Source: the human T2T-CHM13v2.0 reference genome, Homo sapiens
Reading direction: 5' to 3' (one strand)
Assembly: GCF_009914755.1 (NCBI RefSeq)
Contig: NC_060928.1
Length of the DNA stretch: 64,000 nucleotides
Below, piece by piece: positions 14,395 through 27,530 of this stretch; position 1 is the stretch's first letter; every line of letters starts with the position of its first letter. Below the pieces are notes generated by a model that was not told where the DNA came from, made no database searches, and worked only from the letters and a program-made list of their open reading frames with translations. Both the position numbers and the translations under genes were made by a program.

Positions 14395-16117
14395 GCACAT
14401 TGGAAAATAAAGCCTTTTGAGGTTGATATTTTATGAAGTATACATTATATATACATATATGTATATATTATATAGAGTTTCCTGAGAATTGTTCATGCCG
14501 TTAAAGAGGAAAAGCTGTACTGTCGATTTCAAGCTCTACGTAGTAATAGAAACCTGGAGAGAACACTGAAAAACTAAATTCCTGTGGAACATTAAAAATC
14601 TTTAATTTAGTTAAGTATTTCATCAAACAGCTTTCCAGAACCGTTGATTAGAAAGGTGTCTGTTTCCACAGAGAATCTCTGAGTCAACTCTACCAGATGT
14701 TTTATTTCATGTTTTCCCCAAAGATATTTTTATTTCAGAGCAAGACTCATTGAAATGTTAATTTCGGTAAAATTGAGCTAACTTAGGTAACATATCTTCA
14801 GTGTTATATTCCTTTAGAGCTAAGATTCTATATAATTTCAATTAAGATGACTCCCCTGATTTAGAATTAAATAGGTAAAAGTAAGCAATTCGAATAGGGC
14901 AAAATCTTAAGATGTTATTAAAATCAACATAATTTTATATTTCCTTGCTTGATTTTTTTTTGAAGTCATGAATTGAAATATATTCTAATTGGAAAAGCAA
15001 TAAGAGTGAATGAGGCTCTGTCGGAAATTAAATTTAATCTTTCTTTTTAATGGTGCAGCCAACAAACTTCGGGAAAATGTCAAAGAAATATTTTATGCTT
15101 ACTTAAATCAATGGACTAAATGAATACTTCTTTCTTCAGTTGTATCTTAAAGTCAATATACCTAAGCCACAAGCATTTAATATATATTATAAAATAGTGA
15201 TTCCTTTCTAAACCATCATCGTTAGAGTCTTTGGAAAAAATGACGATAAAATAAAATTCTTCTGATAGCGAAATCTTTTTGTGTGGAACCCAAATATTTT
15301 AAAATATACCATCGCAGTTATCAGTTGCTAACAATATTCCTGTCAAATGTAAAATGCTGCATGTAAAATATTTTTCAAATTTTAAGTGGTTATGCATGAG
15401 CAATCAATGTGCACTGTCATTTGTCAAGAGTAAGAAGTTATTACCAAGCAAAGCAATTTTAGAGCAAGAAGAGCTTTAAAAGTTTGCCCAGTACATCTTG
15501 TTCCTTTTAGAGCTGAGAACACTGATGTCAGAGAGGATGACTTTTCCAAAGTAGTAGAGAATATGGCTAGGACTGGCTGTTAAGCCACTGATTCCATGCA
15601 GCCTCTTCTACTACATTGTGCCATTATTCCCAAGAAGTAAAAATTAGTTTTTTCCCCTTTCAATACTTAGAATGCCAAGTATAGTGTAACGTACCAAACT
15701 AGCTGTTATGGTCAGCAGATGCCAAAGAGCTTAAAATCTTTTGGGAAAGGAATAAATGAAAAAGATAAGAAATGGTGATACAAGGCACAAACTCTGGTAG
15801 AGAAGAGACATTCCCAGTGGGGATGAAAACAATCATCTTTAAGGGGAATGGTTTATCTGAGTCAGCTCTTCAAGTAGAAATGGGATTTCAAGAGAAAGAG
15901 TAAAAGGACAGGAGCTTTCTGAGTGGGGAGATCTATGTGAACAAATATGCAGACGTAGGAAATTATAGGCATAGCTGGGAAAAAACGAAAAGACTTGTTG
16001 TTCTGGGGTATGTGATTTGCATAAAGAATGTGATAATAAATTTAGGAAAGATAAGTTGGAACCTGGTGACTCTGGTGTCTTGCAAGCTCCTGGTGATTGT
16101 AGAGAGTCCTAATTGCA

Positions 16118-16497
<380 letters not shown>

Positions 16498-17199
16498 CTA
16501 TTTTGTCACTAGAGCCTAAGTGAATAATATATAATATGAAGGAAATTTTTGTTTGTGTTTCTAGGATTTATTTTATTTTTGTGGTCAGCAATTATGCAAA
16601 CCAGGTAACATGATGAAACTTTGGGAAGCTACTAAAACTGCTGTACATGAATGTTGCAACTGAAGTTTTTAAAGTTTCTGATGATTCGTGATACCAAATT
16701 CATTGTATTTCTGACATTTGTAGGTCAGATTGGAAACTACAAAAGTAATGAATTATGGATGTAGTTCTGCTTAAAGTTGTTAAAACATTTGGAGTTTACC
16801 AGTCAAGTTTTTTGTGATAGAGAAAAAATGACAATTAAATGGTCTAGAACATAAATAATTAATTAAAAAAGAATTTTAAATAAAAATCTGAAAGAATCTA
16901 TTTGCCATTGTTTGACTTTTTATTCATGTTTTTATGAGAATCCAGGGATACTATTACTGTGAAGTTTAGGTGCTTCCTGGGAAAGATTTTAAGATTTCTT
17001 CTTCTTACTAGAAATTATTCTTTTAAAGAGATGCTGGCAAGGAGAATCATGTGGGTCAGTACACTTTTAAGCCGATTCTAGGATGCTTGAGGCAAGAGTA
17101 CAAACATGAAAATAAAATGAAGATTTTTCAAGTTTGAAGGAAATATTTCAATTGGAAACCGTGGTTTCCTATAACGATATAAAACATGGAGTTCCAAAA

Positions 17200-17400
17200 T
17201 TAATGATAGCTAATGTTTATTTAGCACTGGGAATTAAATGTTATTCTAAGAGGCTTATATGTACTAAGACAAATACCCAATCAGGTATTTTATAGAGAGG
17301 GAAACGGAAGCACAGCGAGATTGAGTAGCCTGCCAATGGTGAAGCTCGAAAATAAATGTAGGCAGTCTGACTCCAGAAAACATTCTCTTAACTATTGTGC
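17200..17400 (-). mobile_element. MIR SINE
   Basis: ATTTTATAGAGAGGGAAACGGAAGCACAG..GGCAGTCTGACTCCAGA. Confidence 0.65.
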
Positions 17401-17814
17401 CATGTTGTTTCTTAGGACATGGGGAGATATCCAGCTCCAGGAAAAAGTGGAAAGAGCGTGGAAAGGACTATTAGATTAATTAATCCTCCTATCAAAGTAA
17501 GGTCAAAAGAACCCTATCTTTAGTAAAGATAGAAGTAGATTAAAATTCATAACATTAGAATATTTTTTTATAATTCCTTCTGAGAAGAACCAGAACTCAG
17601 TAAGAGTAGCTGACTCTACTTGAGGCAGAAAATATCGAGGTCAGCCTGTACATTTTGTTACTGCAAGAAAACATGGATACTTTTAAAGGTGTCTGTGGCT
17701 GAACTAAACAATTTAGACCCAATGGGCTTTCGTTGTCTGTACTGTCACAACTAGAGCCCCGGGTTATGTTGTGAGAGAATCTAACAATGACTTTAATTAT
17801 TAGAACCAGTTGAC

Positions 17815-18119
17815 AGCCAGGCACGGTGGCTCATGCTTGTAATCCCAGCACTTTGGGAGGCCGAGGTGGGTGGATCACAAAGTCAGGAGTTCGAGACCAG
17901 CCTGGCCAACATAGTGAAACCCCATCTCTACTAAAAGTACAAAAATTAGCCAGGTGTGATGGCACGTGCCTGTAGTCCCAGCTACTCAGGAGGCTGAGGT
18001 GGGAGAATCACTTGAACCTGTGAAGCAGAGGTTGCAGAGAGCCCAGGCCATGCCATTGCACTCCAGCCTGGTGACAGAGTGAGACTCCATCTGAAAAAAC
18101 AAACAAACAAACAAAAAAA
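17815..18119 (+). mobile_element. AluS with (CAAA)n tail
   Basis: Full dimer; tail converted to a CAAA microsatellite. Confidence 0.95.
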
Positions 18120-18183
18120 CTGACATGGAGAAAACCTATTAATTGATGATGATGCTCAATATGAGCAAACAATATATAGCATG

Positions 18184-18538
18184 TCTCATGGACTGAATGT
18201 GTCTCCCTAAAGTTCATATGTTGAAACCTGAACTTTCAAAGTAGGTGGCAACAGGGCCTTTGGAAGATAATTAGAGTCATGAGAGTAGAGCCCTAATTAT
18301 ACATGGGATTAGCGTCCTTATAAGAAGAGGCATGAGACTGATGGTGTCTTTCTCCACCATGTGAGGATAAAGCAAGAATATGTCAATCTGCAACCCAGGA
18401 AGAGGACCTTCACCAAATGTCGAATTAGCGGGCACTTTATCTTGGACTTACCAGCCTCCAGATCTGTTAGAAATAAATTTCTGTTGCTTAAGTCATCATG
18501 TCCATGATGTTTTTGTTCTAGCAGCTTGAACTAAGACA
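18184..18538 (+). mobile_element. MaLR solo LTR (MLT1A0-like)
   Basis: ATGGACTGAATGTGT..TTCATATGTTGAAACC..TCTTGGACTTACCAGCCTCCAGA..AATAAA..GAACTAAGACA. Confidence 0.85.
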
Positions 18539-20119
18539 GTATCCTAGATAAAAATCATATGTGAGTTATTTTATGGGTACAAAATTGTCAACAACACAAA
18601 TATATGACCAATGGTGCTACAGAAATGACCACACAGCCTCCCCATCAAGATTCAGGTGTGAACTACAGTGAAATTACTGTGTGAACATGGTCCCCATATT
18701 CAGTATCAGAAACATCCCTAATAAGAGAATTAAATCAAAGCAGGAGACTGGCTGCAGGCAAATAGATTTTCTATGAGGATATGACCTTGTTGATTCATGT
18801 AGAAAGCAACATCTTGGATATGTGTAAATATACTTGATTAAAAGTGTAGCTTGTTTGCTTTTTTCCTAAGTTCTCTCTGACTACTGATATATACCCTGAT
18901 GACAAAAGGCCTGGGCATGGCAAAAATGGATTTCTCATACCCAAAAGACCCCTTCCCTGCTCAAACAGCATCACAAGCACTATCCGCACCTATTAGATAT
19001 TGTGCAGGCCAAGAAGGCGGTGCTGTGATACATGCATCTGCTTCTTCTCCAAGGGGTCAACCCATACCCAATACTTTTTTTGCATTCTTGTTTAATTAAA
19101 TTGGAAATGTAATCAAATATGTCAATGAGTATATTTTCAGTATATTCTTTCCCATTTGTAGGATTATCTGAAATAATACAACCTTTAATATAAGTTTTCT
19201 AAGTTCTGTTAGACTTATATATCGGTCATATTACTCAACCTTTTGTACCATTTATTTGATTGATGGGTAATTGTATTCTGATTATATGTTTACAATAATA
19301 CCAAATTTATAGGATTGTTGGAGATGATGCCTAGCACATCGGAATGTCCCCAAAAAAATGTAGTCTTTTATTACTACTACTTCAAAGTTGACAAAGAGAG
19401 TCAACTTTATACTCCTAGAGCCCCTTAAGAATATAGCATAATGGTCGCCAACATGAACATTGTGGGCAGCACAGTGTACCCCTGCTCACAGTCCTAGGAA
19501 ATCCTTGTACTCCAGTGTGCTAGAGTTTCTCCGACACTGGAAAACTGTTGCCTTTATTCAATTTGTCTCAGTAGCTCTCAACCTCATGAAGAAAAAGTCA
19601 GTGTTAGGAGAGAAGAAAGAGATCAAAGAGAAGCATTTGGGGCAGAGATTACGGGAACGATGTAACTACTGCAAGATGGTCAGAGAAGGGTTTATATTTT
19701 GAAATAATGTTCAAATATTGATCATGACCCAGAACTTTTCCTTTTGTTCTGGGATACAGTGAGATGAAGGAGAGTACATTTTGCATTCTCATTTGCCCTT
19801 CCTTTGTATATTCTTTTGTAACACCTATCATTAAATAGAACTTCCACCGGTACTCAAGCCACCCCAATGTGGTATCAGTCATTTAATTTATAATATACAT
19901 GTGCTAAAAGTTCTGAGCTTTTCCGAAACCTAAAATCTCTCTCAGTCCAGGTTCTGAAAGGACAGTAAGAAAAGGCACTTTACAACTATTACTGAACATC
20001 TAGGTGGTTAGAGAGACCAGACAAATCACAGAAGCACTGTGCACACCCATAGTAAAGGGAATTAGGAAGAACAGGTGACTGCAGCTTTTCATATTTAAAG
20101 GTTGTCTGGAAATCAGAAA

Positions 20120-20525
20120 CAGCATATTTGACTACTCTAGTAAACTCCAAAGTATATAGTGACTCAGACAGGGTAAGTTTATTCTCATATATTTAAATGT
20201 CAAATAGATAGTTTTATTCTGCCAGTAGCTCTTCTCCAATAAGTGATTCAGGGACTTGGGCCCGTTGATTCATGTGTCTCTGTGATCTTCAAGTCCTTAT
20301 TTTCCAGGTTACCAAGTTTGTCTGTCTCAATCCTGAAGAAGAAAGAGCATGGTGGGTCTAGCACCCATGGGCAATATGTTACATTCAAGCCTGAGAATAG
20401 CACATCTCACTTTCACTCACAGCCCATTGGCAAATATTCAGTAACTGCAAAGGATACTGGCAAATGCAGTCTAGCTGTGTGCCCAGAAAGAAGAGTAAGT
20501 AGATTTAGTTAACTGTTAGCCACAC
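20120..20525 (-). mobile_element. Old MaLR LTR (MLT1J/K-like), end included in a tandem triplication
   Basis: CTCACAGCCCATTGG..TAACTGCAAAGGATACTGGCAAATGCAGTCTAGCTGTGTGCCCAG motif typical of old MLT1 LTRs. Confidence 0.65.
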
Positions 20526-20937
20526 ACCTGTGGGAAAAATGCTAATAAAAAATCATACTTTAAAATTTTAACTGAGAATAACACACCTCACTTTCACTCA
20601 CAGTCCATTGGCAAGTATTCAGTAACTGCAAAGGATACTGGGAAATATAGTCTGGCTGTGTGCCCAGAACGAAGAGTAAGTAGATTTAGTCAACTGTTAG
20701 CCACACACCTGCTGGAAAAATGCTAATAAAAAATCATACTTTAAAATTTTAACTGAGAATAGCACACCTCACTTTCACTCACAGTCCATTGGTAAGTATT
20801 CAGTAACTGCGAAGGATACTGGGAAATGTAGTCTGGCTGTGTGCCCAGAATGAAGAGTAAGTAGATTTAGTCAACTGTTAGCCACACATCTGTTGGAAAA
20901 ACGCTAATAAAAAAATCATACTTTAAAATTTTAACTG
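20391..20937. repeat. Tandem triplication of a 181-bp unit
   Basis: Units start at 20391, 20572 and 20753 (CTGAGAATA); about 93-96% identity by manual alignment; array ends in CTG at 20935-20937. Confidence 0.97.
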
Positions 20938-21257
20938 TCTCTTTGAGAAGCATTTTGCCTTTTAAAATTATATAAAATATAACTGTATTCATATTTTATA
21001 TATAGGTATATATTTATAATTCTCACAAACAGTTCATATTGAAAGAGTCAATCTAAGAATTCATCACTGACCCCACCTGGGCTTGAAATAAAATTCATTA
21101 CTAGCTGGACAATCCTATCAGATATCATTTATTTGGACAGGCTCTGTACAGTAATTCTCTAGTATTCCAGTGTACTGTTTGGTATAACTTATAGTATAAG
21201 CAGAGTGGCTCTTAACTTGTATCATCTTGTTCATTTCATTAGAACTTAACTAATAGA

Positions 21258-21546
21258 TGGATTGTGTCTGTAATCCCAGCACTCTGGGGGGCTGAGGTGG
21301 GAGGATTACTTGAGACCAGGAGTTTGAGACCATCCTGGGCAACATAGGGAGACCCTGTCTCTAAAAAATAAAAATAAATTAGCCAGGCATGGTGTCGCAC
21401 ACCTGTAGTCCCAGCTACTCTGTAAAGCTGAAGCAGGAGGGTCACTTGAGCCTAGGATGTCGAGGCTGCAGTGAGGTATGATCATACCATTGCACTCCAG
21501 CCTGAGCAAGAGAGCAAGAACCCCATCTCTGAAAAATAAAAAAAAA
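21258..21546 (+). mobile_element. AluJ, slightly 5'-truncated
   Basis: AluJ diagnostics (GGAGGATTACTTGAG, GAGGCTGCAGTGAG.TATGAT); perfect TSD AGAACTTAACTAATAGA at 21241-21257 and 21547-21563. Confidence 0.95.
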
Positions 21547-21710
21547 AGAACTTAACTAATAGACATTAGCAAGGCCCCCACTACAGACTGTTCACACCTA
21601 TGTTTATAACTGACACTAAAGCTGCAACAAGGGCTGCATGGACAGAATTCCAGGTGTTTAGAATTGCAAAGTGAATTGCTGTTTTAATTAATGCTTGAAA
21701 GTAAATTGCA

Positions 21711-22132
21711 GTTTTCATGCATATAATACATTATTATTAACTATAGTCACCATGCTGTCCTTTAGGTCTCCAAAACTTATTTATCTTATAATCAAATATT
21801 TGTACCTTTTGACTAATATCTCTCCATTTCTTCCACCCTGACCCTGGGTAACCACAATTCTACTTTATTTCTGTGACTTTTTTTTTAGATTCCACATATA
21901 AGTGAGATAAGGAAGTATTTGTCTTTCCGTGTCTGGCTTATTTCACTTGAAATTTGTTAAGAGAGAAGATTTTAAGTATTATAAGCACACAGTAAAAGGG
22001 GGGTAATTTTCTGAAGTGATGCCTATGTTGATAGTCATTTCATAATGTATACATATATCAAAACATCATGTTGTACACCTTGAATATATACAATTTTTGT
22101 TTGTCAATTATACCTCAATAAAGTTGATAAAA
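21711..22132 (+). mobile_element. L1MA8/9-like 3'UTR with 5' inversion
   Basis: 21711-21948 antisense upstream 3'UTR segment; 21945-22132 sense terminal segment ending TACCTCAATAAAG. Confidence 0.8.
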
Positions 22133-23469
22133 GATCAATTGTATTAACAGAACATACATTAAAAAGACAAAATCATCCATCACAATAATGTTTTCCATAT
22201 TTTCATAGTATGCACAGTCTAAACAAGGACCTTCAACAGATTTTAATTTTGTATTTGTTGGTACCATTCAAACAGTTTTCATCTGGGTATTATAATACCA
22301 AGTATGCATGTAGTGCTCACTGGAAAAAAAAATGAATGATTTTTGATCCACTGTCATTACAACTTTTTTCATGAAGTAACTGGAAAATTGCATATATTAT
22401 CCTGTCACCCCCAATTTTATAGTCCTGATGCCTTTTATAAATCTATGGCTAAGGGAGACCTGCAGAATCAGAAAATTCCCTCGGAGTGGGTCTGGGCTTG
22501 GGAACAATCTAAGTAGCCTAGGGAAGCTATTACTGAAAGTGGTTTCTCCCCAGCTGAGAAATGTTTCAAATTTAAAGATTTAAAGTCTCCCAACCAATTC
22601 ACATGACATGTCAGATGAGTGTGTTAAAGAGCTCAAAACAATTTCTTTAAAATTCTAACTTCATCTCTATAGGGAAAGAAATAAGTTGGGATGTTGTTTC
22701 TTAATTGGCACACTCATTGAGTGTCTCTCCATGAAGGGCAATCAGTTAGTTTCTATGAAGCAAAGACCAGTAAGCTCTGGCCTCTGCATTAACAAGTGAT
22801 CATTTAGTAAGAGTCACAGGAAAGCAGAATTAAGGATAAGGACAAAATCTCAGGTGGAAATGTGGGGGAAAGGTGTGCTGAGTAATTTCTTTCTCATGTC
22901 ATAGAGAAAGATGAGCAAGAATATAGACAAAGATCGAATAGGAATGTGTCTGCCTAGACTGTGTTAGACTATAAAAATTAGCTTCATTGATACGTGCTTA
23001 AAAGCAGGAGTAGGATTCAAAATATTTACCAACTGGTATGGTTTGGGCACCAACCCTTCAGTACAGCTCCTGAGTCTAAGCAACCGATCGGGCAATGAGT
23101 ACCAGCAGTGGGCGCCCTACTGAAGAGGCCAATTGAGCACTCAGTGTGGCAAGAGAAAGTTGGAGGAAAACAGGGGCTACTGCATGGACAGACTATTTGA
23201 TGAGAAAACAACACTCAAAGATGATTTCTGTCTTTGCTGTGCATGGCCAACCCTGATGTCTCATCAGGAGATGCAGGCCAGGTGAAATAAAGCCACTCAG
23301 GGCTATTGAGATCCTGTGATGCTGTGATTTATCAGAGTCAGCCAGAGGACTCATGTCATCTCTTGGTGTATATCCAAAACGCTGGCGTTTGCTGGACTAC
23401 TAGACTGCTAGAATGCTGACGAAATGATTGTAATGGCTTCCTCCCTAACTTCTCTCCAATCTCTAATTG

Positions 23470-23668
23470 TCTGTATTTTTTCCATAATGAATATCATCAC
23501 CTGAACTTGCATTATTTGTTCACTTTTCTCCCTCACTTAAAATATAAGCTTCATGAGAGCAGAGCTTTGTTTTATTATTGTTGTTGTTCACTGCTGTATC
23601 CCTAGTGCCTAAGACCATGTCTGGTACGTAGTAGACTCTCAATAAATACTGGTGTATTTATGAATAAG
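23470..23668 (+). mobile_element. L2 3' end
   Basis: AAGCTTCATGAGAGCAG..TTCACTGCTGTATCCCTAGTGCCTAAGACC..CTCAATAAATA. Confidence 0.8.
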
Positions 23669-24001
23669 TAATAACAGTAACTGTCACCTAGTAAGGGCTT
23701 AATCTATTTCAGAAGTAGGCTCTTTAATTGCATTACCTGATTCTTTGTAGCCTTAATGTCCTTATAAGTTTTTGCACAGTAATGGAGTGACATTAACAAT
23801 AGAAATCTAAATATCCCCTGCCTCCACTCTTGGATTTCCATAGGGTGCCTCCCATCTCAGCACAAACTGACCGCAAGCTCAAATCACCCTGAGGCAAACT
23901 TTTCTAATATTTTTGTTCCTTATGTCTCTTTTTCATATGGTCAGCCCCCGTTGCCCTGTAAGCCATAGGAATGTGCCTCCCACTGCCACAGTGGAAAGTG
24001 T

Positions 24002-24551
24002 TATCAAAACAAAAATTGGCACAGGACAAAGTTCAACAAAGAAATTTTTATTCAAAGCTATTGCACTAAGGGAGAGAGGCCAGAATTAAGTCTGAACTTA
24101 ACTGAACTGAGCTGAAAGGGAAAACTCAAGCTATCTATGTTTGCTAATTGGCAATATTCAAAGAGGGAAAACTCAAGGTGTCCGTGTTTGTTAATTGGCT
24201 TTACCCAAAGGAAAAGTAAATGTGCACTTATCTTCATGTCAATAGACAGTTTTACAATGTGGAGCAAGATACCCACAAAAGCTAGGCATCTGTCTCACCA
24301 CAGAGACTGAGCGAGAGGGATTCTATCTTCCTTGATGATAGGATAGCCATCAAAGGGATGGCTCCCAGGTCCTTAAGAAAGATACTCGTAGGTTATAAAC
24401 GCTGGCCAGAAGCCTTTAAAATGATATATATCTCAAAGGAGCAGAGAAGGAATTTGAAATTACAGGCTTTCTAAAGTAAATGTTCTAAGAAAAGCGAGGT
24501 CAGGGCCCTGGAGTGTCTAAAGTTTCATCATGCTGAAGGCTGCCTTCGTCA
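24002..24551 (-). mobile_element. ERV1 solo LTR (MER67/MER31 group)
   Basis: CAAAGGGATGGCTCCCAGGTCCTTAAGAAAGA..TCTCAAAGGAGCAGAGAA..TTTCTAAAGTAAATGTTCTAAGAAAAG; 4-bp TSD GTGT at 23998-24001 and 24552-24555. Confidence 0.75.
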
Positions 24552-24969
24552 GTGTTCACCATGGGAACACCCAGTGCAGGGCTGTCTCTTGCTACTCTCA
24601 GAGCCAAGGGTCATTAAGATGCCACAGCAGCACTGTGGTCCATGAAAAAGGAGAATGCCCTTCTCTCCCAAAGGGTACCATGCGGTAACTTGAACCTTTA
24701 AGTAGCACTTTCTGTGTAATTCTAGTTCCCATCTCTCTGTCCACTGGATCCAATATCAAACTAAAGGACTAGAACATGGCACAGAGTATGGCATCCTCTC
24801 CCTCTCCCTCATCCAACTTACCTTTCCCTCTAACTGCTTAATTGTCAATCCTGAAAACTAGTTTTCTCTACTTTTAGCAAAACCAAACCTCATGCATATG
24901 AGTCACCAACTCACTAGCTCCATAAACACTATATTCTGGATCTGACTTTGAATTTTTCTCAGACACCTT

Positions 24970-25160
24970 AATACATTACAACAACGCTGTTAGGTAGGCA
25001 TTGTTATTCCCATATTACAGATAAGGAATTTGACATTTATTCAGTTAGAGTAACTTTAGGCGAGTTAATCTACACAAAACTAGAACTTGGCGAAAGAGGG
25101 AAGCAAAATTCAACCCAGAATGTTTAACCCCAAGTCTGTGCTCAGAACAGCTAAACCATA
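24970..25160 (-). mobile_element. MIR SINE
   Basis: GTAGGCATTGTTATTCCCATATTACAGATAAGGAA core. Confidence 0.65.
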
Positions 25161-27530
25161 ACTGATTAAAATAAAAATTCTGAGCAGCTCTACTTTTTTC
25201 ATCAAAACACTAATATATTAAGAAGGAAGTAAATTTACTCTAAGAGGGCTGGAAGAGAGATGTTAAGAAACCAGATGAACAGGGTTCATAATGAACATGG
25301 GATAAATTACAATCATTTCTATTGAAATTTTAGCTTTGCTCCCAGGCATTCATCAGTCTCTGAGGCAGTTACCAAGACAAGAGGACCAACCTCTACCTAC
25401 GATGCTTTGAGGGCTCTGCCCCCTTAGCGCCTCATGCAGCCTTCTACCTATTTAAAATATTTGGTCTCATTGTCAGCCCAACGCAAAGCTGTTGTACCTC
25501 ACTATGTTAAAAACCTGAGAATAAAGGCCTAATGGTTTCCTAGATTGTTGTTAATTCAATTCTACAAGCCATGTAATCAGGTCCTTTGAAAGTGTGGAAC
25601 TGACTAATGATTAGTGAATAAAAGGAGCTAAAGCAAAATCTGTGAAGATGTTAATCAATCGGAATAAATAGTTGGACTTCAGCTCAGAGAGGCAGCCCTT
25701 CTCCATCCATATAAAAGTAGAGGGGGCGTTGAGGTATTGCATACACTTACACATTCTAGAGTTCTAACATAGTACTTGCAATCGTTACAAATGTTTTTAA
25801 TTAACTTAGAACCAACCATCTCATCCATCTTTCTGCCAGTGAAAGATGGTCTCTGGGTTATAGTTATTTTTGTTTAATATTTTTTAATTTCTCAAATTAT
25901 GGACAGTTTAGCAGTTTCTTTAGAAATTAAATTAAAATAAAAAAGAAGAAAGTGGGTAAAATAATAATTAAGCTTAACTCCAATCCAGTTCTTCATAAGC
26001 CTTCTAAAATACCTTGCAAATGTTTTATTTCAGGCAAATTTAGAAAGCTACTTGTACAAGTGCATATTAAAAGAGTGTCAAGGGAAAAATGCAAATTTGC
26101 ATGCCTGAGGCAAAGACTGTGCCAGAATGCATGGAGGATACAGAGAAATCGGATGCTAGATTGGGCACATTAGCTTACAGTGTCTCCCATGTGCAGGGGA
26201 CAGAAGAGCGGGGAATTGGGAGTGGGACTTTTCTTTTACCATTTAGTGACTAAGTCTCCATTTTCCTTCCTCTGCCCCCTTGTCATCCCTTCGCTGACTT
26301 CTGATTCACTACCATCCACTTCTCCTTTCTCTTCCTCCCCTTGCTTTCCGCTTCCTTCTCTCAGTCCACAAAATGTCACCAGGGCAGCTAGCAAGGGAAA
26401 AAGATAAAGGGATTCAAGTCCCATTTCCACCTCAAACCCAGAGCAGAACCCAGGACTAGGATGAGGCTGAAAAATGAAGGTGCAGATGGAAATAAAACTA
26501 ATTATATGGGCAATATTTATACTTTATTTCTTAGCCCTCTCCATGAAGGTTTGCCTTTTCGTTTCCAAAAATGATCAATAAGAATACTATCTAAGGCTTT
26601 CAAAGTAAATGAAATCATATAAAAATGTACAATCAAATCATATACAAATTTCTCAACCTTCTTGGATATATAGGCTTTGTGACATGAAATATTTTTAGAT
26701 TTTAATGTTACCAATGAAGATTTATGCATCCATTAGCAACTTAACCAATAGCCTCAAAATGGGGCCTTGACAACAATTAGAGGGCCTTCCCAGGGCCAGG
26801 CACTGGGTGTTGTGCATGTGTTGTCTTACTTAGTTCATACACCAACCTTGCAACTTACGATCTTTTCTATCCTCAATTTATAGTTGAGAAAACTGGATCC
26901 TAGAAAGATTAACTAATTTATTGAAAGTCAGATAATCTATGTCAGATCTGGGATTCAAAACTTCATCGTTTGAATACATAGCCTAAACTTTTAAAAGCAG
27001 TACTCATCCAAAATTGACCTCCTGATCATCCTTCTATGGCTGTCCAATCATTTTCTCCACTTCTAACACCTCAGAGTTACCAAGCATCCAGTCTAAATGA
27101 ATCTCTGTCTTCTGCCTCCTCTTTCATCTAAACATTTTACTATCTAGTCCCCTGTTATAACCCACTCTGTGAGAAACAGACATAGCCATCAAGGGCCCTG
27201 CCCAAGACAAGAGGTCTCATGAGTCCAGTCTCTTAAAGTGGTTCTGGGGCATGATCCAGAGTTTCTATCAAAAGTCAAGCCCCCTCAGTTCCTGCAGCTG
27301 TAATCAGCCTCTATGCAAAAAATAGGTAGACACATTAGATACATGTAATCAAGTGACCAACGGGAAGAATGATCAATGCAGATAGTTGGAGAAACACAGT
27401 GGTCCGTCCAGCTGCCATTCAACAGAGACAAGAAATAAGCGAGTTTTGGGAATAAAAAAGAAAAGAAAACATCTGACTAATGGAGGTATGAAGTTCACTT
27501 TTAGGAATTGCAGTAGTAGATACATGGACC

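Noticed and set aside
24118-24200. About 47-bp internal repeat GGGAAAACTCAAG..TGTTTG.TAATTGGC
   Set aside because: Probably intrinsic to the LTR family consensus; cannot show it is locus-specific
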